Of a stretch of DNA of 64,000 nucleotides, positions 45,701-59,438 are shown piece after piece. Under the pieces are notes generated by a model. The model was not told the origin of the DNA. It worked only from the letters and a program-made list of their open reading frames with translations, and made no database searches. The DNA is from Auanema rhodensis. Its lineage: Eukaryota > Animalia > Nematoda. The DNA is taken from positions 11,346,001 to 11,410,000 of the forward strand of contig OZ059897.1 of NCBI GenBank assembly GCA_964057225.1, given 5' to 3'. The translations under genes and the position numbers were made by a program. Each line of letters begins with the position of its first letter. Positions within the stretch are counted from its first letter, which is position 1.

Positions 45701-46159
45701 AAAGGCTTGACAACCATGCTAATAATCTTGGTCCCATTTATAATGGGGTCAGGATATATTCCACGGTTTATCAGCTTAGACACCAAGAAATGTATGTCAA
45801 AGCGTGAACCATTATGCGCTATCAAAATTGCATTATCATTCTCAACAGAGTTGAGTAACCAATCAAGGAAACGATCTGTTACAGATCATTCACTATCACC
45901 TTGTTGGTACCCAAAATGGCCCTCCTTGGTTGTGCATTTTTCACAGGAATTGGCATCTATACAACTTTCACAAAATTTGTTATACACAACCATTTTGGGC
46001 CATTGTTCATCTGCATATTCATGAACATTTGTGCCGTTTTTTAACACAACTGTTTCAAAGTCATAAAATATGAGCTTAAACAAGGAAGCATTACATTTGT
46101 AAAGATAACAACTACAAACCTTTAACTTTTCTTGCTTCTTTTTTAGCTGAGCCTTCTTA
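42748..46159 (-). pseudogene. pPolB copy 2, multi-intron, Tc1-interrupted and deleted
   Basis: Same exons and introns as copy 1 on the opposite strand; 5' part deleted at 46159. Confidence 0.92.
43332..44365 (+). mobile_element. Tc1 family C, 5'-truncated, transposase with premature stop
   Basis: Transposase similar to family A; 3' TIR ...GTCCGACTTTCATCGCACATGACTG then TA. Confidence 0.93.
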
Positions 46160-46958
46160 CATGTGTGGGTCAGCGCACCTGTTTTAACGATCTTATCGAA
46201 TTAATCTTCGATATGTGTTCCATTGGAAACAACACAATTGTTTGTGAATCCTATCGAATTAACCTTCGATATGTGTTTTATTGAGTTAGTATATTAGAAT
46301 ATACTAATATAAAATTTAAAACAATTTCTTTAAACTATTCTTTCATGTAATTTGAAAATATTAGGCAATTTGGTACATGTGGTGTACAGCTATTTATCAT
46401 ATTTTAATGAACAAAACGTTTGCCATGTGGTTTTTGTGTGGGTCAGCGCACCTGTTTTAACGATCTTATCGAATTAACCTTCGATATGTGTTCCATTAAC
46501 TTTTGTATTTCACATCGTTCTTATCGAATTAACCTTCGATATGTGTTTCATTAACTTTTGTATTTCATATCGTTCTTATCGAATTAACCTTCGATATGTG
46601 TTCCATTAACTTTTGTATTTCATATCGTTCTTATCGAATTAACCTTCGATATGAGTTCCATTGATTTACCCATAAGAGGTACGGTGAACATATTAATTAG
46701 CTTTCATATATATTCAAATTTTATAAATTAAAACAAAAACAATATATATTAAAATGTTTATTCAAATGTATAAATATTGAAAATACATTTAAAAGGAGAT
46801 AATTTTAAAAATATATAAAAATACATTTAAAAAGAAATAATTAAATAATAATATTTAAAACATATATAAATAATAAAAATTCATTTAAAATACATTAAAA
46901 AATAATTTTAAAAAAGATTTTAAAAAAAAATCATGCATTTTGATCCATGCGCAGGCTC
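46160..46958 (-). repeat. Right TIR/subterminal region with 55-bp tandem of the TATCGAA-N6-TTCGATA motif; outer end lost
   Basis: Reverse complement of the left TIR and of 24101-24520; 55-bp period at 46516/46571/46626. Confidence 0.85.
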
Positions 46959-47711
46959 ATCTTGAGTATTCAAGACGCTTTTAGTAAATGGGGAACAACT
47001 TGCCCATTAATAACACAAACGGCTACTGAAATCACAAAAGCGTTTGTAATTAGATTTGTTTTCATATATGGACCACCAATGAGTATGATAACCGATAATG
47101 GTAGTAGCTTTTTGTCATCTGAATTTCAAGCTATGTGTAAACAATTTGGAATTAAACACACTACTACGCTACCATATCATAAAAATGCTAATGGACAAGT
47201 TGAGAGACTTCATAGAACTTTGGAAGAAGCTCTCTCTTCATTCGTGAATGAACAACAAACTAACTGGGATATACACCTACCCAAAGTTATGTTTGTGATC
47301 AATACGTTACCAAACTCATCAACATCTATTAGTCCATATGTTGTATTATTTGGTCGGGATGCAAGACTTCCTATTGACCATCAATTGCCTGGAAATAATC
47401 TTCAAACTGAAGAACCAGCCAATCCTACAGAAGATTTTGTCAATAGATCGCTAATACAAAATGAAAGCACATATAATATAGTAAAAGATAGAATTGAAAC
47501 ATGCAGCCACCCTGTCGGACTCGGACATCAGCGAGGACAACAAAGATCAGGAACAAGGATCACCAGAGCCATACCTTTTGTATGTCACACAACAACAAAG
47601 AAGAATGAACAACAGTACAATACACGAAATAGAACACAAAAAAAAGAAATTCAGGTTAATGACTTAGTTATGAAAAGTGAATTCTACTCGAAACAAACTA
47701 ACATTATTTAG
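46959..47711 (+). pseudogene. Gypsy integrase fragment
   Basis: Clearly homologous to the integrase of the first element but divergent; 5'-truncated. Confidence 0.88.
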
Positions 47712-48827
47712 TTACAGCAGTTCAAAGATCTTTCGTCGTGGTTCAAATAGATAAAGGAAAAAGCAGAAGAGTACACAAGGACTTTGTCAAACCTTATCAA
47801 CGGACAACATTTATTCCGGTTATCACGATTTCTTGCAGGTAGTTTTTTTTTTTTCACAAAATCAATTTGTTGAATTTTTTTTTATTTTGTGCCATTTCTG
47901 ATTGTAACACTTCTTTGTTGTTGATTGATTTTCTCTGAGAAGTCTGCTATTGTTTTACAAGGTTTTGTTTTATTACTCCAATTTTCATTGAGTAGATTTT
48001 TTTCAATATTCTCTTGTGAATCTTGCTATTTGTTATGCTTAATCATTACTTGTATTCACCTTATGGACATTAGTCATACGGGTCAAACGAGTTTTTATTT
48101 TTTTGTACAGAACGGGCTCGACCTATTCTCAGGGTAACACCGTACCTGTACAACTCAAGAAAATGAACGACTATATCACAGTCGAATGGTTTAGAAGCAA
48201 AGCTCTCGTTTGCAAGCATTTCACTACTCAAGTGAATGGAATAGAATCTACTCGATACTACATTTCAAATTCAACAAACTTGAAGAGACAATAGCTAAAC
48301 TTTCAAATCGTATTGTATACATTTTTTTTATCCACTACACCATGATTTTTTTTCCAACATCCAACTATCTTAAAAAGCGAATTAATTTATTTTGTTTTTG
48401 AACGAGGAAGTTCAACTTTTTAAGGTGGGGCGATGTCACATCGGCAAGCACATGGTAAACATGTGCGCGCTATTCAAATAGCGGGAGCCTGAACAAGCCC
48501 CGCCTACAACATGGGACACACATGACACTCTTGCTTCTGGCCTAACCCAGATAGGTTGTCTTATAGTCATGTGAGTCTCATCTCTTTATCATCTATATAT
48601 ATCATCTATATATATCATCTATTTAATACTTTATTATATCTCTTTATATTCTTTCTTAATTTAATTCTTATATTGTACTTTCTTGTTATCTGATAATGAA
48701 TCCTTTTCTCTTTAAGTATTTGTCTTAATAAGGAAATCGGGGCGTTCGGGTCTGCCTACCTAAGGAACAAGGTAGAAGTACATATATCTTCCGACCATGA
48801 GAAGACGGGAAGAAACAATATGTAACG
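46959..48827 (+). mobile_element. 3' fragment of a second Gypsy family (integrase, 3' UTR, PPT, partial LTR)
   Basis: IQDAFSKW, ITDNGSSF, NGQVERLHRTL; PPT-like AAGGTGGGGCGA at 48422-48433 followed by TGTCACA. Confidence 0.82.
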
Positions 48828-50291
48828 CTTTTCCTTCCGAGGCAGGCTCTCGAGCCTGCGCATGGATCAAAATGCATGATTTTTTTAAAATCATTCTTAA
48901 AGTTTTTTTTTAATGTATTTTTAAAATTAATTCTTTTAAATGTACTTTTAAAATTATTTCTTTTTAAATGTATTTTTAAAATTATTTCTTTTTAAATGTA
49001 TTTTTAATATTTACATATGTTTTAAATATTATTATTTAATTATTTTTTTTAATGTATTTTTATATATTTTTAAAATATTATTAAAATTATTTCTTTTTAA
49101 ATCTATTTTCAATATTTATACATTTGAATAAACTTTTTAATATATATTGTTTTAATTTATAAAATTTGAATATAAATTATAAAAGCTAATCAATATGTTC
49201 ACCGTACTTCTTACGGGTTAATCAATGGAACTCATATCGAAGGTTAATTCGATAAGATATATTTTATACAATTATTTTTTAATTTTATTTGTTTACATTG
49301 TTTATAGTTTGTGTTTATTATAGTTTATAACTATTAATTTAACTTTTAAAAAGTTTGTTGTTTTTCTAGGCGAATCATTTTGTTCACCGTACCTCTTATG
49401 GGTAAATCAATGGAACACATATCGAAAGTTAATTCGATAAGAACGACATGAAATACAAAAGTTAATGGAACACATATCGAAGGTTGCACTGACCCACACA
49501 AGAACCACATGGCAAACGTTTTGTTCATTAAAATATGATAAATAGCTGTACACCACATGTACCAATTTGTCTAATATTTTCAAATTACATGAAAGAATAG
49601 TTTAAAGAAATTGTTTTAAATTTTATTTTAGTATATTCTAATATACTAACTCAATAAAACACATATCGAAGGTTAATTCGATAGGATTCACAAACAATTG
49701 TGTTGTTTCCAATGGAAGCACTGACCCACACATGTACCACATGACAAAAGTTTTGTTCATAAAAATATGCTGCTGTACAGCACAAGTACCCATAACGCTA
49801 AAAAGAATACTTACCATGCCAAGGGGTCATGGGTATATACTTTTTAGTATCAAAAATGTTAACGGAACACATATCGAATATTAATTCGATGAGATTGGTG
49901 AAACTGGTACGTTGACCTACAATGAACCAAATGGCAAAGCACTTGTTCATTAAAGTATAACAAATAGCTGTATAGCATATGCATCAAAATTTCTAATATT
50001 CTCAAATTACGTGGAAAAAAGAGTATATAGAAATAGTTTTAGTGTGTATATTACTAATATTCTAATACACTAACTCAATGGAACACATATCGAAGATTAA
50101 TTCAATAAGATTGTTGAAACAGGTGCGCTGACCACAACAACACATGCGTATTTATTAACAACGGATTGGTAACTGTCACTGTTGACAGCTGTAATATGAT
50201 ACAATGTTGAGTGTTGGCAACATTGTTACGTGACAATAAAACAACTGACTGTTCTTGCAATGAAGTGTAATATAAATGTGTAAAATGAAAT

Positions 50292-53200
50292 ATGGATAAC
50301 TATCTCTCAGAGTTTGCATAATTTTATTCTAACAAGATACAATGACTGCTAACAGGTTGTGTTTTTTCCTATCTTTTTTTTTAATTAAAATATTTATTTT
50401 CAAGTATAAGCGTGTATGTGAAGAGTTGGGGTTCGATTATGAGGAAATTTATCAACTCAGGTAATTTAACAATGTTTTTAAAATATACATCTTTGTTTTT
50501 TTTTTAGTAAGCGCATAAAGCTTACCGAGAGTGGTGGTGTTGAGCTCTGTGACCCCGCAATAACCACTTCCAATAGTGGTCCCTCGTCATCAAGGGTTAT
50601 TGAAGTTATCACCTTGAATGACAGCGATAATGAGTAAGTTATCGTATAATGAAAAAGCATGAAATTTTTTTTTTCAGAGAATGGAATCCCGAGATGCCAT
50701 CAACTAGTGGGGAACAATTAGGAGGCGGTTCATCCTTCAACGATATTTGTCAAATAAAGGTACGAGCTTTTAACTTTTTTTTTGCATGTTACAATTCTTT
50801 TCACTCTATATCTTTTATTTGATTACATATCTTGAACAATTTTGAATTCTGCCATCTATTTTTAAACAAATCATCATACATTCGGAGGCTTTCTGAAAAA
50901 TAAAATTAAATCTTATCCCAAATCCATGCCATAATATCATTTATTAAATTTTCAATCATTAAAATACACTTAAATTTAAATATTTTGATGCTCAAAAACT
51001 GACACATTTAAATATTTTGTATTTTCTAAATTATTTCACTCTATCTATTTTATTTAATCCCATATTTTAAGCAATTTTATATTTCTACCACTATTTCATA
51101 ATTTCATTTTTTAAAGTTTTAATCATTAAAAAACATTTAAATTTCAATATTGTGATGCTCAAAAACTGAAACTTGAAATTGATTTATATATTCTAAGCCA
51201 CTTCACTTCATCTCTTTTATCTAATCACATATCTTGAACAAATTTAAATTTCTATCACTTTTTCATAATTTCGTTTATTAAATTTTTAATCATTAAAAAA
51301 CATTTAAATTTCAATATTGTGATGCTCAAAAACTGAAACATTTAAATATTTTGTATTTTCTAAACCATTTCACTTCATCTATTTTATTTATATATACATT
51401 TTAAACAATTTTATAATTCCACTATTATTTAATTTTTATTTATTAAATTTTTAAACATTAAAAAAAAACTTGATGCTCAAAAACTGAATCATTTAAATAT
51501 TTTGTATTTTTCTAATCGTTTTGAAACAAACTAAACATATATTTGAAACCATTTCGATTAAATAAAAAATACGACTATAACAAACAAAGAGACATAATAA
51601 TTATGAGCAAAAAAATTAATTTATATTGGTTGGTTTCTATTTTGATGCCGAACTCAAAATACCTGGCACAATTGAAAACATTGACACTCATTGCCTGGCT
51701 AGAGCAGCAGTTGTGGGAATGTGGAAAGCCGATGAAGAGGCAGCAGAAGATGTTATTGAGAAGCGGAGGATTGAAAATCTTCGTTGCAACTACATCTTGT
51801 TGCCAAATCAACCACATCATATCAATTTATTAAATAGGTGTGGTATTTCTGTACATTTACCAAATTATAATTTGAATCCTTTAAATATTATTGCAAGTTG
51901 TAATACAGACTATAAGTTTGTAGTATACGCTAGACCACCTGGACAGCGTATGTACGCTAATCAGCGTATCTTTAATGAAACGGCTAGCAAAGTGGTAACA
52001 CTAGGCTAGCGAAATAATCATTATGACTTTATTACAACTTGTAGTAGATCACAGCTTTTTGATGGTATTATATGCCAACACTGTAAATTATCTTACAAAA
52101 CAGTGTTGCATAGATGTAAAGCCAAGTGTAAGAAATGCCACACCTTAAAATGTAATTCGATGAAAAATGTGGTTGAAAGTAGCATAAGATGTGATAGTTG
52201 TAGAGTTTTGTTTAAAACTCGTCAATGCTTTGACAGGCATATGAGAAAAACATGTCGAATGTTTAAGGTAATTTAAAAAATATATATAAAATTTTACAAG
52301 ACTAAATTCAGACATGTGAAAATTGTGATCATTATCACAGAGCACATGCTGATAGACCGCACAATTGCAATGAAAAATTTTGCAAAAAGTGTGGGCAAAC
52401 AAAGCCTGAAGATCACTCTTGTTGTTGGGTACCACCTAACGACAAGAAGAAGGATCAGTTAAAAAAGAGGCAAGAAAAATACAAGGTTTGTATTTGACAT
52501 CTTTACAAGTGTAATACTTACTTGTTTAAGATTATATTTTATTTAGATTCTCTTTATTCCAGGCAAGTTTTTTAAAATACAAGCATTTTCAAAACTAGTA
52601 TATTACAGTTGAAAATGAATCATATTAAAGAGAACCAAGTGGGTATTCTGCCTGAGACTGGTTATTATGCCGGTCAAAAGCAGAGTATAAAAGCCATAAA
52701 GTATATAAAATGGCTAGAACAAGGATTGGGCCGCCCATTAATGCATAAGCTTAATGGTGGTGAATTTGCAGTGAGAGTAGATGGCCATCGCTATCTACTC
52801 GATGCTTATGACAGCGTTGCCAATCATGGCTATAAGGTGAGTAATTTGTAATAAATGTAAAAAATGCAAATTTTCGTAGATTAATGGTTGTATTTACCAT
52901 GGTTGCCCCCAGTGCACCAACAAGAGCGCTATAGCACCAGGCAGAAATGGTGAAACAATGGAAGAGGTAATTGTGACATTTTTTTTAATCATTTTAATTT
53001 GAAAAATTTAGGTTTATGATAAAACCATGAAAAGGCTTCAAAAAATTCAAAGCCAAGGCATTAGTGTTACCACAGTGTGGGAGCACGAAATTAAAGCTCA
53101 AATTTCGGCCAATGAAGAAATGGCGAAATTTCTGCGTGAAACAAATGTTGTTACACGCTTGGCACCTAGAGATGCCTTTACCGGTGGCCGCACCCAGACA

Positions 53201-54462
53201 TATAAGCTTTTGGCACAAGCTTCGGATAGATACTCGCTCGAGTATGTGGACTTTCGTTCACTATATCCATATGTCACCGCTTTTGATGCCTATTACCCTG
53301 TAGGTAATCCCAAAGTTATTACTGAGGGTTTCAAAAGCTTTGAGACATGTTGCCCATACAAGGGGCTAGTAAAATGTGACGTGCTTGCACCCACAAATTT
53401 GCTGTACCCTGTATTAGGCACACGTATTGGCGGTAAACTAATTTTTACAAACTGCCGCACTTGTGCAGTCAAAAGTAAAAATGTAACATGTGAGCACCAA
53501 AATGATGTAAATGATAGAAAGCTGCATCTAACTGTGACACATGTTGAGCTTGAGTGTGCCATACAACGTGGCTATAAAGTGCTTCATGTGCATGAGGTGT
53601 GGCACTGGGAAGAATGGCAACAAGGCGGCCTGTTGAAAGAGTTTGTACAAAAGTACATAAAAATTAAACAAGAGGCATCAAGCTGGCCAAAACCAAACAT
53701 GACAGAGGAAGAAAAGGTATGTTTTAATAAAAGTATCACATTAAATAGAATTTTACAGGTAATATATATCCAAGAGCACGAGGAGAACACTGGTGTTGCT
53801 CTGGAGAGCAATAAAATTTAAAAGAATGCTGCCATGCGTAGCATTGCCAAACTGCAGCTAAATAGGTTTGTAAACTTTTTAAAAACAATACATTACAAAT
53901 TTGCTTATAGTGTCTGGGGTAAAATGGGTCAAAGACCTGATAAAGCCCAAACCAAGATTATTGGTGTTGAGGACCCAGAAATTGGTAGGATCATTACTGA
54001 TCCTGCAAGGGAACTCACTGGGTTCAAAATTGTGGATAATGTTGCGTACTGGACAACAGTACCAGAGGATTCACATTTGGCACCACCGCCTTTTACAAAT
54101 GTAGCTATTGCGGCCTATACAACCGCTCATGCAAGGCTACTATTGTATATGTGAAATATGTAACAAAAGCAAAGGGAGTGGTAAGTACGAGCTTTGACTT
54201 TTCAAATAATTTTATAATTTTCAGACATTTTTCGTTGGACCACACGGCAGCGTCAGTGGTAAACTTTGAAAGTATGGAGCGACTGGTTCGCGGACTCGTT
54301 ATGGATGGAGAAAAATTGGTTTTAAAAACCAATACAACCTTGTTAAAGAGGCAACTCGGTGCCATATCCACAATGGATATGAATAAAAGTACTAGAGTTG
54401 TAATGGATAAACTTTGTTATCTACAAGATTATAGTACTTTACCCTACGATTATTGTGTTTAA
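50292..54462 (+). pseudogene. pPolB copy 3 with N-terminal exons, vOTU-like domain and motif A
   Basis: 5' exons ...VIEVITLNDSD..PSTSGEQLGGG; IENIDTHCLARA..NNHYD; DAFTGGRT; YVDFRSLYP. Exonuclease and motif C regions are deleted. Confidence 0.9.
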
Positions 54463-54603
54463 TATATTTGAATTTATAAATTTTTATCATCTTGTATATA
54501 TTTGTATTTATAAAGTTTTATTATTGTACATATATTTATTTTTAAAAATAGTTGTATTAATAAATTTTATTCTTATATCTTTTAAAGAATTTTATTACAT
54601 ACA

Positions 54604-55941
54604 TTACAAACTGGTATCAATATATGGAGCACGATTGTTGTCAATTGAAAGAATAGAGTCATATTCTGCATAAACAATAGCATATAAGCCCTCTTGCGGC
54701 GTTTGTAGACCAAATTCCAATTTCAAGGCTACATAACCTTGCCGTATAACATCAAATAACTCTGACGAATGCACAGTAGGAGAAATATCAAATACAAAAA
54801 ATGTGAAACCAGCTTTATACATTGCTGGTGTAATACCATTGGATGAATCTGTACGACCAAGTCCCAAACCTTCCAGCATGTCAATATATGCTGTGGCATA
54901 GGAAGATCGCCATTCTAGATTTTAAGGACGGGTAGGTATTACCCTATTGTTGAGCGTCAAGTATATATTTTTTAAATCAAACGGTTTAAAGTTGAATGGC
55001 GAATGTTTAAAAGTACCATTATAGGCGTGTGCGCCGACAAGACCTACTACAACACGTTTCGGTGTATGCGACGTGAATAATATGTTATTGGGTGAATCCA
55101 AACGGCCTCCTTCTATGAAATAAGATCGCATTTTCACTGACGTCATGGGGTAGTGTATTCGTTCCTTTACAAGTTTATCTTCTATAGCCATAGCTAATCC
55201 AGCGTTTAGATCAAACTCTTGAATAAGCAAGTGCACATCGTTGATATCTATTTTCAGGTTTGGAAACTCCTCCTTCATTGCAGCATCCTTGCTTTCATTA
55301 TTCCATCCAAGTGTGTCAATTAAAAAATTATCACGGTTTAGATATGCAGTTAGCTCCATTTTTGAATAGTTTACAAACAGTCGTTCCGGATTGAATAAGT
55401 CGATACTGATGGGAGCAGCCATCTCACACAATATGCCATTTTTAACAAGCCCTTGTCGCGCTCTAAATCCAGGACTGGCTGCATTATCTATATATCTATC
55501 CGCATAATAGCCTGATATGGCAAGTTTGCTCTCTTTAACATCGTTGCTATACATTAGAATATTCTCAATATATGTTTTGTAGGCATGATTTACGGTAGAG
55601 TCATACACGCTAACATCACCAATTTTTAAATGATACGAGTGTATCAAACTGGCTGCAAATTGTTGGCATGGTGCAAAAACAAGGTTGTCTGGTACTGGAT
55701 CACCGTTTGTGGTTACAATTTTGAATTTTACATTCAACCAACACCTTCTCAGATTAAGAAATGATTTGGAATTTTGGGCTATAACAAATTCCCATGGTCC
55801 TTGAGGAAGAAAAGTATTTTTCAAAAATTTTTCTTGTACAGTACGAGTGGATTCAACACCCAATGCCGACGCTGGTATATCACCATAGTTAATATTAGGT
55901 AAAAGGGCTTGTGCTGATTTTGAATCTATCAGTTGAGCCAT
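54604..55941 (-). pseudogene. Major capsid protein, frameshifted
   Basis: Copy of the MCP; frameshift near 54922. Confidence 0.88.
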
Positions 55942-56374
55942 TTAAATACGATACGACCGCTCACGAGTTATGCACAGACGCTTATGGGGTTTTGTGGTTT
56001 TGCGTCGTCACCGTTTGCCCAAGCCGGTAAGATCTCGTATAGCTTGCCGGCCGGCTGTTTTAAGAGTTTCCTTGAAATTATCGCCTTTCAGCACCCCATT
56101 GACAATTTCATTACCAGTTTTCAGCAACTGTCCGCCAAGAGGTGAATTTACAACTGGACTATTGCTTACAGCACTGGATAATGCGTTCCTTCCAGCATTG
56201 ATGAGATTTTGGGCTATAGGTGATTGAATAATGCGAGGTAAAAACGATGCCAAAGTTGCCAGTATACCACCCAGGCCATGACCTTTCTGCATACCACGTT
56301 GAAACATCATTCCACTTTTGATTCAAAAGTGTTGTCCATTGAATTGAGTTCAAGTCTAGAAGGAGGTGTGGCAT
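55942..56374 (-). pseudogene. Core-like protein
   Basis: Copy of 31084-31516. Confidence 0.72.
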
Positions 56375-56387
56375 ATATATGCATATG

Positions 56388-56728
56388 CGACAACATTTGT
56401 ATTACAAATACCACATAGCCACCACAAGTGTATTCAATTATACGTTGTGGTTTGCAAGTATTAATTTTTACCTTTTTATATTTGGCCAGATAATTTTGAA
56501 TGTACTTGTTCATTTTATATCCCAAGCTACAGAAAAAATAGGCTTGCTTGTTACGGACAAAGATGACCTGCCAATGTGTGCCTGGCTTATCATGTGTGTC
56601 AGTATTTACGACAAGTGCAAAGTTTTTACGACGCGTTTTGGGTAGGGTATCAGCGCTATATACACCGAGGAATAGTTTGCAAATTCTGGGGACAGATTGC
56701 AATAGTGATACTATTTCAGACAAATATA
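56388..56728 (-). pseudogene. Adenain-like protease, truncated
   Basis: Copy of 31530-31870. Confidence 0.85.
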
Positions 56729-56780
56729 TTTTAGTAGAATGATCTAGTGTAACTTTTGTATTGCGCGCGTGCGGTTCGAT

Positions 56781-57080
56781 ATGCCGCACCTCGTTTTGGA
56801 TTTAAACTCTATTCAATGGACAACACTTTTAAATTAACAAATGGGTGGCGCCCCATTTAGCGGAATGATGTTTCAACGTGGAATGCAGAGGGGTCATGGT
56901 TTGGGTGGTATTTTGGCAACTTTGGCATCACTTCTACCACGCATCATTCAATCACCTATAGCCCAAAATCTCATCAATGCAGGAAGAAACGCCTTATCCA
57001 GTGCTGTAAGCAATAGTCCAGTTGTAAATTCACCTCTTGGCGGACAGTTGCTGAAAACTGGTAATGAAATTGTTGATGGG
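56781..57080 (+). pseudogene. Core-like protein 5' fragment
   Basis: Copy of 31923-32222. Confidence 0.72.
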
Positions 57081-58632
57081 AGTAGAGAGCCATGCCGAAT
57101 TTACTAACCACGCCCCCAAACAGTTGCTAAAAACATACTTTTGAGGGCGTCAGCTGCTAAAAACATACTTTTGGGGGCGTCAGCTGTCAAAATCATATTT
57201 TCGGCGTCAGCTGTCAAAAATATAATTTTCCTCCCGAGGCAGGCTCTCGAGCCTGCACATGGATCAAAGTGCATGATTTTTTTAAAATCTTTTTTAAAAT
57301 TATTTTTTAATGTATTATTTTAAATGAATTTTTATTATTTATATATTTGTTAATTGTATTTGTAAATATTTTTAAAATTATTTCTTTTTAAATGTATTTT
57401 TAATATTTATATATGTTTTAAATATTATTATTTAATTATTTATTTTTAAATATATTTTTAATAATATTTCTTTTTAAATGTATTTTAATATTTATATATT
57501 TTTTAATTGTATCTTTAAAACTGAATAAATTATTTCTCATATATATTGTTTTTTATATATTTAAATATTTTTAAAAAGTAATCAATATGTTCACCGTACC
57601 TCTTATGGGTTACTCAATGGAACTCATATCGAAGGTCAATTCGATAAGAAGTACTAAATATTTAAACTAAATTTAATGAAACACATATCGAAGGTTAATT
57701 CGATAAGATCGTTAAAACAGGTGCACTACACATGGCAAAAGTTGTGTTCATAAAAATATGATAAATAGCTGTACACCATATGTGCCCATAACGCTAAAGA
57801 ATACTTACTATGCCAAGGGGTCATGAGTATATACGAATATTTTCAAATTTTTTAACATCAAAAATGTTACTTTAAAGTAATTATTGTTGTAGCCCTAATA
57901 GTTTATAAATGTTCTGATAGCTAATGTATTTCATAACTATGTTTAAGAATAGAATAAATGTTTCGTAATATATTTATTGAACAATAAATTTTCATTTAAA
58001 ATTAGAACATGTGTTAACATTTTGTAAGAGTTTCTTTTTTACAAAATGTCTGGAAATGTTGTACTTGTAATCGGATGTGTACAAGTCTGTTTTTCGCAAC
58101 AATCCTGCGTTTCCTCAGTGGGATCCAACATTTTGAATTAGTGTTTCCTGAAAATAAGAGTGTACCACAGCTGTTATAATAAGAATATGAATACAATATT
58201 AAACGATCCTATTGTAATCTTCCACAATTTTGGATGACAGTTGTTATTGTATAGGGACTTGTCACAAATGAGTTGAATTATTGTTAAATATTTGTATTTA
58301 CGAAGTCGAATGCTGTAACAAGTAATTAATAAGCGGATAGTTTACAGGTTGTTAATCCGGCAACTGTTGGCGCAATCGGTGTATTTTAGCGCATTTGGCA
58401 GCTGTTTGCGCAACAAACTGCTAATTAATGTATAAATGCATATATTTGTTGTAATATATAACAAATAGAAAAGCCGCATACAGCAGTCAACTGTTTTGTG
58501 AAAGAGGTGGAGTGGGTAGAGCTTTACAACAAAGTTTGTATAAAAGGTGGCAAAATTTTTTAGACCGAAATTTGCATTTCAGCTCCGCCAACAAGTCGAC
58601 TCTACGATCCAGTTCTGTCAACAAGTCTACTC

Positions 58633-59438
58633 TCCGATCCAGCTCCGCCACCAAGTTTTCTCGCCGATCCACCTCTGCCAACAAGTCGACGATCTGATCC
58701 AACGTCAACAGACTGCTGCTAGGACTTTTCTCTACTCTACTTGGACCCTAGACGTAAAAGTTCGTTGTTGTTTAGGAAAAGCCTCCAATTGGGCTACAAA
58801 CATGAAGCGTTCCGCTCTTGTTGATGTAGAGAATATTGTACCTTCGACACCGGAACCGGATGTTCCACGATCACCCACACCAGGACCCAACTTTGCTGCC
58901 ACATTCTTTGGTAAGGTTTTATTTTTGTTATCAATTATTTTTTGTTTAGACACACCAAAAAAGCAGGTACAAATCTCAAAGGATAGCTCTCCACAACAGC
59001 CTGTAGTTATGAGACCAATATGTCTCTGCAAAACTTCCGATCCAGCTCCGCCACCAAGTTTTCTCGCCGATCCACCTCTGCCAACAAGTCGACGATCTGA
59101 TCCAACGTCAACAGACTGCTGCTAGGACTTTTCTCTACTCTACTTGGACCCTAGACGTAAAAGTTCGTTGTTGTTTAGGAAAAGCCTCCAATTGGGCTAC
59201 AAACATGAAGCGTTCCGCTCTTGTTGATGTAGAGAATATTGTACCTTTGACACCGGAACCGGATGTTCCACGATCACCCACACCAGGACCCAACTTTGCT
59301 GCCACATTCTTTGGTAAGGTTTTATTTTTGTTATCAATTATTTTTTGTTTAGACACACCAGAAAAACAGGTACAAATCTCAAAGGATAGCTCTCCACAAC
59401 AGCCTGTAGTTATGAGACCAATATGTCTCTGCAAAACT
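58633..59438 (+). repeat. 403-bp tandem duplication in the accessory gene
   Basis: 58633-59035 is repeated from 59036; absent in the first copy. Confidence 0.9.

Larger units (their letters stand above)
32223..46958. mobile_element. Near-complete Maverick/Polinton (about 14.7 kb including two Tc1 inserts)
   Basis: Starts AGTAGAGAG; inverted terminal regions 32223-32975 and 46160-46958; contains INT, ATPase, penton, protease, core, MCP and pPolB. Confidence 0.92.
48828..56376 (+). mobile_element. Partial Maverick (TIR, pPolB, MCP, core), tail-to-tail with the 32223-46958 element
   Basis: TIR resumes at ...TTCCGAGGCAGGCTCTCGAGCCTGC; same gene set as 24101-31518. Confidence 0.9.

Noticed and set aside
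46464-46662. CRISPR-like array of palindromic repeats
   Set aside because: The spacers are themselves repeated (55-bp tandem), spacing elsewhere is irregular, there are no cas genes, and the context is eukaryotic.
32223-46958. Maverick-encoded fusogen, intein in pPolB, or 6-bp target-site duplication
   Set aside because: No glycoprotein-like ORF or intein motifs were seen inside the element; the right terminus is missing, so a TSD cannot be read.
47925-48401. Short ORFs after the second integrase as an env remnant
   Set aside because: Short, low complexity, with no Cys pattern or similarity to the Env at 3897-7860.
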